Origin: Octopus vulgaris | Lineage: Eukaryota | Assembly: GCA_951406725.2 (NCBI GenBank) | Contig: OX597842.1 | Location: 9,424,001-9,488,000, forward strand | DNA length: 64,000 nucleotides | Reading direction: 5' to 3' | Part shown: positions 24,601-38,681 of the stretch, one piece after another | How the letters are laid out: each line of letters opens with the position of its first letter | Position numbering within the stretch: the first letter of the stretch is position 1 | Notes under the pieces: generated by a model | What the model was told of the DNA's origin: nothing | Seen by the model: only the letters and a program-made list of their open reading frames with translations | Databases searched by the model: none | Made by a program: the position numbers and the translations under genes

Positions 24601-26077
24601 GGTTGTTTATGGAAGCCCAGCAGTCGCCCATGCATAACAGCCTCCCCTCTCTACACTATTATATGTACATAGGTTAAAGGGTAAAGACCCCCTTTGGTCA
24701 TGGCTGACCATGGGTTTGCACTTAGAAAGTTACCCTCCGAGGCACAAGTCTGGGCAAGGTTGTTTATGGAAGCCCAGCAGTCACCCTTGCATACCAGCCT
24801 CCCCTCGTTATACTATAATATGTACATAGGGTAAAGGGTAAAGAGCCCCTTTGGTCATGAATGACTATAGGATTGCACTTAGAAAGTTTCCCTCCGAGGC
24901 ACAAGTCCAGGAAAGGTTGTTTATGGAAGACCAGCAGTTGCCCACGCATACCGGCCTCCCCTCTCCACGCCACCGATGTTATCCAAGGGAAAGGCAAAGG
25001 CTGATACAGCTTGGTATCTGTGACGTCGCAGCTCATTTATTAACGTGCAAGTGGCTGAGCACTCCACAGACACGTGTGCCCTTAAAGTAGTTCTCGGGGA
25101 GATTCAGCGTGACACAGAGTGTGACAAGGCTGGCCCTTCGAAATACAGGTACAACAGAAACAGGAAGAAAGAGTGAGAAAAAGTTGTGGTGAAAGAGTAC
25201 AGCAGGGTTCACCACCACCCCCTGCCGGAGCCTCATGGAACTTTAGATATTTTCGCTCAGTGCCCGATCTGGGGATCGAAACCGCGATCCTACGACTGCG
25301 AGTCCGCTGCCCTAACCAGTGGGCCATTGCGCCTCCACAACAGTTTTGGTACAAGGCCAGTAATTACAAGGAGAGGTCAAGACAATTATATTGGCCCCAG
25401 TACTCAACTGGTACTTGCTTTCTCAACTCTAACAGGATGAAAGGCCTCATAAAAAGCACCTGCTATATTCTTAGAGTGGTTGGCATTAGGAAGGGCATCC
25501 AGCTGTTGAAACTTTGCCAGATCAGATTGGAGCCTGGTGCAGCCTACGGGCTTGCCAGTCCTCAGTCGAACCGTCCAACCCATGCCAGCATGGAAAACGG
25601 ACGTTAAACGATGATGATGATGAATAGGAATGGTTTCAAATTTTGGCACAAGGCCAGCAATTTTAGGGGAGGGGGTAAATTGGTTACATCAACCCCCAGT
25701 TCTTTACTTGCTTTACACTATCAACCTTGAAAGGATAAAAGGGAAAGTCAATCTCTGCAGAATAATAATAATGGTATTTGTAATGTAAGCATGAGGCCGA
25801 CAATTTGATGGGTGGGTGGAGGGGGTTACCTGACAACATTAACTGGTACTTTATTTTTTTCGACCCTGGGAAGAATGAAAGGCAAAGTTGACCTGGAAGG
25901 AATTTGAACTCAGAATGTAAAGCAGGAGGGAATGCCATGAAGTATTTTGTCCAACAGGATAATGGTTCTGCCCTAATAATAATAATAATAATCCTTTGTA
26001 CCATAGGCACAAGGCCTGAAATTTACTGGGAGGGGACTAGTAGATTACATTGCCCCTAGTGTTTCACTGATACTTTA
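21089..26077 (+). repeat. Near-identical 2.5-kb tandem duplication (21089..23570 and 23571..26077)
   Basis: Offset 2482, then 2483, then 2507. The differences I could see are one substitution, a 1-nt indel and a 24-nt indel near 23220/25703. Confidence 0.9.
21891..22490 (-). repeat. 157-bp tandem reiteration of a SINE 3' tail
   Basis: Units at 21891, 22048, 22204 and 22361, the last running into the SINE body. The same unit and linker occur at 9320..9650 and in the duplicate at 24373..24970. Confidence 0.85.
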
Positions 26078-27595
26078 TCAACCCCAAAAGGATGAAAGGC
26101 AAAATTGACCTCAGCAGAATTTGAACTCAGAACATAGAGACAGATGAAATGCCACTGAGCTTTTCACCCAGTGTGCTAACAATTCTGCCAGCTCACCACA
26201 TTATTATTATTATTATTACTACTACTATTATTATTATTATTAATAATAATAATAATAATAATAGTAGTAGTAGTAGTAGTAGAAATTCAAAAGATAGTGC
26301 TCATGAGAACTGCTCATATCCTACGCAAAATACTTTCTATGTAATCTCGAGGTTTAAAACAAACTTTTTTTTTTTTTTAGACATCCTCTAGTACAACACA
26401 AAAAACAACCTAATATATGGCACACTAGGCATAACAACAACGTGAACTTCCAACCTGTTGTCTCTTGAGGTCTCTGGGTGAGACTTTGAGCCAATTTGTA
26501 CAAATGTAAAGCAAAAGTCAAACATAGAATAATAATAATAAAGATGGGCTACAGCAAATATTCTGCTCAATACCACAGATTTGCTTGTCAGTTGTTTGAC
26601 CTTAACCAGTTGAGCATGTCCCTTAGTGGCTGACGATATGTGCATCTCTGATCACGAGCAGAAGTAGTGGGGGAGCATCATAGCCATGTGTTGAGAGGGA
26701 TTCTTTGGGGTTTGGATAATTCACTTTTGGAAACGGGTGGTTCGTCCAACATCCTTAAACAACCTTTATTCAGGGACTTTTTGAGTGGGATGGGCTACTC
26801 GACCAGAAGAAAATTCTAACTGGGCCCCCACCTGCAAGGTCATGTGCTGTTTATCTTGATACGAGATCACCATGTTGCGCACACATGGTTGTAAAGCATG
26901 TACCTAGTGTACCCTTATCAGATGGGTATACTGGGCTGCGTATATCTTTCCCCAGTGTCACTTTGATGGCATGCACTGCTCTCTCACCCAATAATAATAA
27001 TTGTTCTTCCTACTACAGGCACAGGGGCTGAGATCTTGGGAGGGGACTAGTCAATTATATCGACCCCAGTACTTAACTGGTACTTAATTTATCAACCCTG
27101 AAAGGATGAAAGGCAAAGTTGACCTCAGCAGAATTTGAACTCAGAATGTAGTGATGGGCGGAATGCAATGATAATGATAATAATATCGATGGTAATGATG
27201 CTGATGATAATAATTCTTGCTGCTATACGTGCAGGGGCCTGAAATTTGGTGGTTTGGGGGTTAGTTGATTGTAGTGATCCCAGTGTATAACTGGTACTCA
27301 TGTTATTGACTCTGAAAGGATGAAAGGCAAAGTTGACCTCAGCAGAAATTTGAACTCAAAATTTTTCACCAGAAGAAATAATACTAATAATAATAATAAT
27401 GATAATAATAATTATGGTTTCAATTTTTGCCACAAGGCCAGCAATTTGATCCCAGTGCTGAATAAGTGGTTCTTATTTTATCGACCCTGGAAGCATAAAA
27501 GGCTAAGTCAGCCTTGACAGAATTCGAACTCAGAACGCTTTACGTGCTACTAAGCATTTTGTCCAACATGCTAACGGTTGTGCCAGCACATCACC

Positions 27596-27629
<34 letters not shown>

Positions 27630-27782
27630 TAATAATAATTTATTTCTTTACTACCCACAAGGGGCTAAACACAGAGGGGACAAACAAGGACAGACCAACG
27701 GATTAAGTCGATTATATCGACCACAGTGCGTAACTGGTACTTATTTAATCGACCCCGAAAGGATGTACATATATATATATAT

Positions 27783-27865
<83 letters not shown>

Positions 27866-30390
27866 CATACACACACATATATAGATAGATATAATATTAA
27901 TAATGCTTTCTACTAAAGGCACAATTCCTGAAATTTGGTGGGTGGGGGTGCAGGGGACTAGTCAATTATATTGACCCCAGTGTATAACTGGTACTTAATT
28001 TTATTAACCCTGAAAGGACAAGAGGCAAGGTTGATTTCGGCAGAATTCTAACTAAGAATGTAAAGACGGACATGCTACCAATTCCACCAACACACTGCCT
28101 TAATAATAATAATAATAATAATAATAATGACAATTGCAATAATGAAAATTATTATAATTTCTTTTAATGACACAAGGGCGGTGGATGATGTTGGGGTAAT
28201 AATACAATGACAAATTGCAAACGGGAGATGTTTGGGGCACTGAGGAACCAGAATGGTATTTAAGCATTTATAATGGTAATGGTGACAATTAGAATTATAG
28301 AGACTAAAAAAGAAAAGCATTTCAAGACGTACACACACACATGTATATATGTATATTTTTACATATATATATATATATATATATATAGGGTGGGCTTCTT
28401 TCAGTTTCCGTTTACCAAATCCACTTTCAAGGGTTTGGCCGGTCCTAGGCTATAGTAGAAGACACTTGCCCAAGGTACCATGCAGTGGGACTGAACCTGG
28501 AACCATGTTGGGAAGCAAGCTACTTACCACAATTCTATGCACATACACACACACACACATGTATGTATACATATATATATGTATGTATATATATATATGT
28601 ATGTATATATATGTATATATATATGTATGTATATATATGTATATATATATGTATGTATATATATATATGTATGTGTGTATGTATATATATATGTATGTGT
28701 GTGTATATATATGTATATATCTATGTATGTATATATGTTATCTATTGGACTTCTGAGAGGTAAAAAAAACATCAACAAATCTTGGTTCTGTCAGACTGGC
28801 ACAACGCAAGATATATGTGATAATATTGATAATAATAATAATAATATTGATGATTATGTTAATGTGTTGAATGTGATGATAATATTGAATATTATGATTT
28901 TTATTTTTATTGTTTCAATACGAAGTTGTTTGTCTTTTTTTTTTAATTTGTTGTCTGAATTAATATTTTTATTAATTTATGTTTAGCATATTCTCTCTCT
29001 CTATCTATCTCACTCTTTCTATGTGTCTATATATCTAGCTAGCTACCTATAACCTTTGTATATACAAACACACTCACTTATTGTGAGAGAGAGAAACGAC
29101 CATTCAAGCCAAGCGGAATCATAGTTGTGGCGGATGCTGGTGTCACATAACTGGCACCCGTGCCAGTGACACGTAAAATGCACCATTCAAGCATTGGGAC
29201 TAACAGATGCAATGTGGTTGTTGCTGGTGTCACATAACTAGTGCCCATGCTGGTGGCTCATAAAACACCATTTAAGCATTGGGCCTCACAGCGGCAATGT
29301 GGTTGGTGTTAGTGTCATAACTGGCACCTGTGCCAGTGGCATGTAAAAAGCACCATTGGACCTAATGCTGTGTCATGTAACTGGTGCTCATGTTAGTGGC
29401 ACTTAAAAAGCACCATTCAAACATTGGGCCTCAGAGATGCAATGTGGTTGGTGCTGGTGTCACATTGTCACAAAGCTGGTGCCCATGTTGGTGGCACATA
29501 AAAGTACCATACAAGCATCGGGCCTCACATGCAATGTGACCAATGCTGGTGTCACATAACTAGCACCCATGCCAGAGGCATGTAAAAAGCACCATTCAAG
29601 CATTGGCCCATGTTGGTGGCACGTAAAGAGCACCATTCAAGTGTCAGGCCTCACAGAGGCAATGTGGCCAGTACCATTGTTGCATAAATAGCACCCTTGC
29701 CGGTGGCACATAAAAAGCATCTTTCAAGCGTTGGGCCTCATGGATGCAACAACAATTGACTGTGAGCCTTGGTGATATGCTGTGCTTGAGAAAACCCATC
29801 AACTCAAGTGAAATCGTAGTCATGGAAAATACTGGTGTCATGCAACAAAAGCACCCATTACACCATCGGAGTGGTTGGTGTTAGGAAGGGCATCCAGCTG
29901 TAGAAACCATGCCAGAGCAGATACTGGAGTCTGGTGCAGCCCTGATCAAACCACCCAACCCATGCCAGCATGGACAACGGATATTAAATGATGATGATGA
30001 TGATGATATATATATTTATATATACTCTTTTACTTGATTCAGTCATGTGACTGTGGCCATGCAGGAGCACTGCTTTTAGTCAAGCAAATCGACCCCAGGA
30101 CTTATTCTTTGGAAGCCTAGTACTTATTCTATTGGTCTCTTTTCCTGAACCGCTAAGTTACAGGGATGTAAACACACCAACATCGGTTGTCAGGCGACAA
30201 CCATATACACACACACATACATATATACGACAGGCTTCTTTCAGTTTCCATCTACCAAATCCACTAACAAGGCTTTGATCAGCCCGAGGCTATAGTAGAA
30301 GACACTTGCCCAAGGTGCCACGCAGTGGAATTGATCCTGGAACCATGTGGTTCGTAGGCAAGCTACTTACCACACAGCCACTCCTACACC

Positions 30391-30436
<46 letters not shown>

Positions 30437-30548
30437 TATATATACACATATATATATATACACACATATATATATATATACACATATATATATATATACA
30501 CACATATATATATATACATATATATATATATAACATATATATATATAT

Positions 30549-30593
<45 letters not shown>

Positions 30594-30604
30594 TATATAT
30601 ATAC

Positions 30605-30635
<31 letters not shown>

Positions 30636-31235
30636 CTTATATATATATACATATATATATATACATATATATATATATGTACCTTACATTCCATTGGTTA
30701 TAACAACAAAGGTTGGAGTTGATCTGATCAATGTAACATCTTGCTTGTGAAATTAACGTGCAACTGGCTGAGCACTCCACAGACATGACTACCCTTAACG
30801 TAGTTCTCAGGGAGATTCAGCATGACACAAAATGTGCCAAGGCTGGTCCTTTAAATTACTGGTACAACACATTTTTGCCAGCTGACTAGACTGGAGCAAC
30901 ATGAGACAAAGTGTCTTGCTCAAGGACACAAGTTACCGCTAGGAATTGGACTCAAAAGATGAACAAAATGTAAATATTATTTTTTAAGCACACACACACA
31001 GAATATGTATTTTTATGAGCTACTAAGAGTTTCATGTGATGAAAATGATATGGACAGCATTTTATACCACGTCTGGTGCTTTTGGGCAATCTTCAGGCTT
31101 TGCTTACATAGCATGTTTAAGCTAAAACAGGACAATAGAATAAGAAAAAATACAAGGAAGAATGAGAAGGTAGCTAAAGAAAGTGCAAGGGTAAAAAAAA
31201 TGGAAGAAGGGGAGAATTAGAGTTCTCTCTCTCTG

Positions 31236-31294
<59 letters not shown>

Positions 31295-32373
31295 TCATCA
31301 TCGTTTAACGTCCGCTTTCCATGCTACCATAGGTTGGACGGTTCAACTGGGGTCTGGGAAGCCAGAAGGTTGCACTAGTCCCAGTTTGATCTAGCAGTAT
31401 TTCTACAGCTGGATGCCCTTCCTAACGCCAACCACTCCATGAGTGTAGTGGGTGCTTTTTACGTGCCACCGGCACAGGTGCCAACACACACACACACACA
31501 CACCAAAATGGAACACTTGTAACCAGTTCTATACGTCACAACTTACTTTACAAGGGAAATAACCAATAAGTGAGATTTAAGGCCAGCAAAGTTATGTTTC
31601 TTGGACGGACAGACAGACACCTAGATAGATAGATAGGTAGATAGATAGATGGATGCGCCTACTCAAAAGCACACAGACACGCACACATGTATAAACATGC
31701 TCACGTTTCAAACCCAGTCGGTCTTAAGTGTGTGATCTCTTTGAATAAAAATCTGTAATGTTGAGAAATGAAAATAACAAGATTTCCAAGGAAGGTTGCC
31801 GGACTAATTTCAGGAAACGCAGTTCTTAATACATGACGAGGACGACGATGACGATGATGATGATGATCATAATGATGACTACGACAACGATGATGATGAC
31901 AATGCTGACGATGAGGTTATGGTGGTGGTGATGGTCATGGCAATGACGACGATGATGGTGGTGATGATGATAATAACGATGATGCTGATGATCATGATGA
32001 TCACGATGATGATGACGATAATGATGGTAGTTATGGTGACGGTGGTGATGATCGTGGCAATGATGATGGTAATAATGATGGTGATGAAGATGACGACGAC
32101 GACGATGATGATAAAAATGGGCGTTAGCAGATTAGCTACATATAAGCCAAGCCAAGAATTTCTAATCAATAAAATTACATCAGTTATATATATATATATC
32201 TACTCACGCCCAACTCTCTATTTCACCCCCACCCCAACCAGTATATATATACACACACACACACATATATATACATATATATATGTATGTATATATATAT
32301 ATATACATATATATATGTATGTATGTATATATACATACATATATATATGTATATATATATACATATATATATG

Positions 32374-32414
<41 letters not shown>

Positions 32415-32425
32415 GTATATGTATG

Positions 32426-32456
<31 letters not shown>

Positions 32457-32734
32457 TTATGTATATATATACATATATGTATATATATATACATACATAT
32501 ATATATACATATATATACATACATATATATATACATATATATATACATATATATACATATATATATATATACATATATATATATAGTGACCACTCTCTTA
32601 TATTTATTTTGTAAAAATATTATAATATGTTATAAAATATTATAATAATCCAGGTTTCTCGTAGCACTAGGCCACTTGGTGTTGAATAGATATACTATTA
32701 AATTAGTATCTAATTCTCTCACCCTTATTAATTA

Positions 32735-32778
<44 letters not shown>

Positions 32779-32779
<1 letters not shown>

Positions 32780-33151
32780 TAGCAGTATCGCCCGGCGTTG
32801 CTCGGGTTTGTTTCGACCCTTTAGAATTAAAATTTTGCATTATGCAACTTGTTATTCTCTTTAAGTGAACATTTTTCTGGTTGAAATACACCGAAAAATG
32901 ACGACACAGCAGTGAAAAAATCGTAAAAAATAGGGCTTTTCATAGATAAAAAGCACCTTTTTGATGTAAATAATTTTTGGGGTTAACATGGTCTGATTTC
33001 AATTTTATCTTCTACAGAAGGAAGAGCAAGCCTTCTTCTATCATACTCTCAATTTTGGTCAACTTGCACCACAGGGTCTCGGAGGAGATTGTGTTAGTTG
33101 AAGGCCACCAAACATGCCACACACAGACAACTTCAGCTTTATATATAGAGA
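32779..33151 (-). mobile_element. Non-autonomous Helitron
   Basis: On the minus strand: 5' TCTCTATATATAAA, a subterminal hairpin CCCGAGCAACGCCGGG and a 3' CTAG. Inserted between A and T in (TA)n with no TSD. Confidence 0.75.
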
Positions 33152-33614
33152 TATATATGTATATATATAACGGATTATGTATGTCTGAATTTAATTTGCC
33201 ATGCGAGCGACATCAGCTACCATGTAAACGTGTTTAAAATAAGAATACGAGAGTAAGGGAGGTAACTCGTGTTATGCCAAGGGAGGTAACTCGTGATATG
33301 TGTATGCTATTAAAATGAATACGATTTTGTGTATGTGTGTGTGTGTTTTGCACGGTTACCACTCATGTATGTGCCTTTGTCCTGGCTGCTGTTGGCCCAG
33401 ATGGTGCAGACGAGGGTGTTTGACTTTACTGCACCTCATGCCGTGTCGTCGGGTTGATTGGGTATTGTGGAGGGAAACTGTTAGTTCGTTTACGATGACG
33501 TCTACGTCCGCATCGTGTATAGGTTGCTTAATCTTTGTGACAGGACACTGAAGTGCTGTGGGCCTTTGCAGCCTCTCTGTACTATGCCAAGCTTGTTGCT
33601 TGGAGTTAGGTTTC

Positions 33615-34248
33615 GGACCTTTTCCTTTTGAACGGCAGACAATTTCTAGTTAATTAAACACTTTTAAACTTCGTATACTGGTAGAATGTGTTTATAAAAC
33701 ATCTTTTTCTTTTGGTTTTACTGAGAAAATTCTATAGTTTGTAAGATATTTCGTCTGAAAATCCGAGCATTTCGGCAATTTTAACCAATCGATTACCTCC
33801 ATTCAACTAAAATCATTTGCTGCGTCTAAAACTGAGACAACATCCTGTAACTAACCCTAAACCTCCCCCCTAACCCTAACCCTAAATTTTTTTTTCTTAA
33901 TTGTTAAATTAATTTAATTCCATTGCTTTAGTTTTTTTTTACATGCGTAACATTTAAATTAATTTAACAATTAAGAAAAAAAAAATTTAGGGTTAGGGTT
34001 TGGAGGAGGTTTAGGGTTAGTTACAGGATGTTGTCTCAGTTTTAGACGCAGCAAATGATTTTAGCTCAATAGAGGGCATAGGATTGGTTAAAATTCGAAA
34101 AATTAAACTACGTTAAACAAACAAATTACAATTTTCTCAAGAAAGCCAAGAGAAAAAAATGTTTTATTTTGACACATTCTACCAGTATACGAAGTTTTAA
34201 AGTGTTTAGTTAAGTAGAAATTGTCTGCCGTTCAAAAGGAAAAGATCC
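33615..34248. mobile_element. Fold-back (nearly fully palindromic) element related to the 5277 MITE
   Basis: The two arms of about 315 bp are inverted copies around 33930. TIRs GGACCTTTTCCTTTTGAACGGCAG / CTGCCGTTCAAAAGGAAAAGATCC; CCCTAA repeats in the left arm and TTAGGG in the right. Confidence 0.8.
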
Positions 34249-36014
34249 GGAGTTTGACTTTACTGCCCTCGCCTGCACCTCATGCCGTGTCGTCGGGTTG
34301 ATTTGGTATTGTGGAGGGAAACTGTTTGTTCGTTTAAGAAAACGTCTACGTCCGCATCGTGTATAGGTTGCTTAATCTTTGTGACAGGACACTGAAGTGC
34401 CGTGGGCCTTTGCAACCTCTATATACTACGCCAAGCTTGTGGCTTGGAGTTATTAGGTTTCTTCTCAAAACAAGAACAAAGGACAAAAATAAATAAATAA
34501 AAAATCCCAAATGTTTACAAATGAAGCTGGTCATAAAATTCCCAACGGAATACTGCACAATGAAAAGCCCTTCATTGTCCAGCTGTCCACGTTCTTCACT
34601 TTCTTAAATACTACAACTGACCCACCACCACTGTGTTTAGCCCCTTGTGGGTAGTAAAGAAAAAGGTATTTCGTCTGCCTTTACGTTCTGAGTTCAAATT
34701 CCGCACTGGGGTCGATCTAATCGACTTAATCCCTTTGTCTGTCCTTGTTTGTCCCCTCTATGTTTAGCCCTTTGTGGGCAATAAAGAAATAATATGTGTT
34801 TATGTGTGTGGATTATTTGTGATTGTAAATCTCGACAATTCTTTTTCACCCGTTTAATTCCTGGAAGGGTCACAGAGGCACACAGTCCTTGAGCCCATCT
34901 TCCATCGGGTCCCGTCAGAAGCAACCGTTCCCAATTGAACCTACAGGATCCCCAAGCGTGACAAACTGAGTGCATGGATGTTATCCGAACAACTTGCTCA
35001 AGGTCTATCCCTGGGATTCCTCCTCGTTTTTTTTTTATAGTATACTAGCCATCTCAATATGGCTAACCACTAAAGGTGGGTGTTACTGTAGCTTTTAGCC
35101 CCAGGAGATCATCGTCTCCAGCTGGCTTTAGGCACACTTTCTGTGCTCTTATGGTATTTGTAAAGGGAGGTCATCCCTCTCTCGTCAACCTAGGTGATAC
35201 GCACAGACTGCAGTTTCGAGGTATTTGCCTGTTTTCGACGTACGGCAATCACCGGTTTTCGATAAAGGGAGACCTGTTTGCAAATCCCTTTGCAAATACC
35301 ATAAGGGCACAGAAAGTGTGTCCAAATGCCAGAACGCTCGCTGAAGTATACTAGCCATGATCTAACCTGGGTGTGTACTGTAGCTTAGCCCAGTAGACAC
35401 CCAGCTGGTTAGCACATTTCTGTGCCCTTATGGTATTTGGTTCATCCTTCCCTCGTTACCATGATACGCATGGACTGCAGTTTCGATGTTTTCGACGTAC
35501 TCAGTACCATAGGGCACAGAAAGTTCTACTCTGGGGTACAAGCTACAGTACACCACCCTTGTGGTTAGCCATATTAATGGCTACGTTGTCGAGCGGTTAC
35601 TGTTTACATCTCGTTCAGAGAATTATTATTGCTTCTTTTTCATGTTTGCCTGTTAATCCTGTCCATAGATTCTTTCCTGAGGCATTCTTACCAATTTTCT
35701 GTAGTATCGGAACTGTGATACTAGTAACGATTCTGCCAGCTCGCCACGCCCCGTTCATGCCAATTGGATACTTCAAGTCATTGAATCAAACCGCTTGCCA
35801 AACCAGCAAATGTGTGGTCTGTTTTGAGACAACTGATGTCTATAAATAAGGAATTTCTATTGAGATAGCCGACATTAGACTATTGATAGGTCCCTAATCT
35901 TCTCAGATAAGACTAAAAATCTATTGGCATAAGGTCTGAAGAAACGCTTTAATGCTAGGCCCTTAATGGACATGAAACTCGGGGCAACCCCCATATCTAT
36001 CTTTATATAATTTT

Positions 36015-36082
<68 letters not shown>

Positions 36083-36122
36083 TATATATAGAGATGGATG
36101 GATGGATGGACGGACGGACGGC

Positions 36123-36160
<38 letters not shown>

Positions 36161-36196
36161 TATAGAGATGGATGGATGGATGGACGGACGGACGGC

Positions 36197-36263
<67 letters not shown>

Positions 36264-37825
36264 GCGCAGGAGTGGTTGTGTGGTAAGTAGCTTGTTTACC
36301 AACCACATGGTTCCAGGTTCAGTCCCACTGCATGGCACCTTGGACAAGTGTCTTCTACTATAGCTGGGGCCGACCAAAGCCTTGTGAGTGGATTTGGTAA
36401 GAGGAAACTGAAAGAAGCTCGTCGTATATGTATTTGTGTGTATATATGTAACTGTATTTGTACCTCTATCACTTGACAACGGCGTGTGTGTGTTTACGTC
36501 CCAGCAACTTAGCGGTTCGGCAAAAAAAGGCGATAAAATAAGTACTAGGCTTATAAAGAATAAATTCTGGTGTCGATTTGTTCGACTAAAAGGCGGTGCT
36601 CCAGCATGGCTGATACAAGTAAAGGAATAAACAATACATAAAGAGCGTAACTACCTGGTATTCGTCACATGTAATTACCTCCCCTTAACCACCTTCTCTT
36701 TAATATTTCAAACAAATTTCTCGCAGCAGCACCTGAACGTAGACATCGGCGATTCTTGACCGCGGTTCCCAGGGCCGCAGGCAGCCCTCGGCGACATTCA
36801 CTCTATAAATATAATGTTTTCTTTAATCTGACTATATAAGGCCTCAGATAGATAGACAGTGATACCAAGACACTCTCAGCCTTCTTAGCAATTTTAGCAA
36901 TATGTTTTGTCCAATGCAAATCGCTGTCGACAATAATGTCCAGGTCACGTTCACAAGACCTTTTTATAGACACCTGAGCACTGTATACAATAGACAGGAT
37001 GGGCAGATCTGGAAAGCTTTGAGGTTGTATCTGTATTAGATGAAGGTTGAACTTGTTGGATCCGGATTGACCCAGGGCTAAAAAACAACAAAAAAAAACC
37101 AGCTATGGCCACCAAGACTATTGTACTTTAGATAATGTAGTCCTAGATACACTATGCCTGAATAAAAGACAGGATGGTCACAACTGGAACGTCTTTGATC
37201 ATAGGTCTACTGGATTAGGACTGACCTAGGGCTAAATACCAACAACACCAACTGCAACCACTAATACTAACTACTACACTATACATTACATAATGTAGTC
37301 CTAGATACACTATGCCTGAATAAAAGATGGGATGGTCACGACTGGAACACCTTTGATCATGTATCTGTTGGATCAGGACAGACCTTGGGCTAAACAATAA
37401 CACACGCTACCCCAATGAAGGAGCATCTATATGGATGTTCAGCCAGCTAGAAATGGCAACCAAATCTCCCCCAAATTATGGCTTTCTTTTCTGAAAATGA
37501 TGCAAATTACTGCAAAAAGGCAACAAGAATTAACATATTGAATCAGGGTTTCACTTATTTCTTTATTCAAAATAATTTTTCATAGAAAATATATTGATTT
37601 TGCATATATATTTTGATTATATATATGTGTGTGTGTGTATACTTATATATATATGTGTGTGTATATATATATATATGTATGTATATTTATATATATGTAT
37701 ATATATAGATATATATACTTATATATATACTTATATATATATTTATATTTATATATATGTATATAGATATATATATGTATATATATGTATATTTATATAT
37801 ATGTGTGCATATATATACGTGTATA

Positions 37826-37878
<53 letters not shown>

Positions 37879-38681
37879 ATGTATGTATGAATATTGTAAA
37901 ATACATTTAATGAAGATAAACTGCAGTTCTCAAAAACTTTGCTATGGAAATTAAAACAGATGTAAACACATCTGGTTATTCTTTTTGCATATAAAAAAAA
38001 TAAAGATGATTATACTGACTTGTTTTATATATAATTTTGATTACAAGCATTGGAGAAAGGGATTTACAACTGAAACGATCAACCCCAATATTTGACTGGT
38101 ATTTTATTTTATGACCCCAGAACAACAAAAAGTAAAGTTGACCTCAGTAAGCATTGAATACAGAACATAAGGTTTCTTCATCATCATTTAACATCTGCTT
38201 TCCATGCTGGCATGGGTTGGACAGTTTGACTGGAATTGGTAAGCTAGAGAGCTGCACCAGGTTCCAGTCTGATTTGGCATGGTTTCTATGGTTGGCTGCC
38301 CTTCCCGATGCCAACCACTCCGAGAGTGTAATGGATTCTTTTTACATGCCACAGGCACAGGTGTCATTTACATAACACCAGCAACAGCCATGACTACGAT
38401 TCCATGGGTGCCATATGCTAACACTAGCAACAGACATGACTACAAATTCGCTCGGCTTGACAAGTCTTCTCAAGCACAGCACATTGAGAGAGGCCTGGGT
38501 CACTTGTTATTGCCTCTGCAAGCCTGACATTCAAAGACCACACTACTGCCAACAACCTCAATTATAACTTCGCAGGCGCCATTCACTAGACACTGGCAAT
38601 GGCCATGACAACAATTTCACTTGGCTTGACAAGTTTTCTCTAGCACAGCATATCACCGAAGATCTTGGTTACTTATGTATA

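Noticed and set aside
31879-32645. M/I/V-rich and YI-repeat ORFs (also 19310, 28349, 30290, 37594, 54434, 63558)
   Set aside because: (GAT)n, (TA)n and (CTA)n artefacts.
33848-34022. TTAGGG/CCCTAA as a telomere or chromosome fusion site
   Set aside because: Only a few imperfect units, internal to a TIR element whose relative at 5277 has the same motif.
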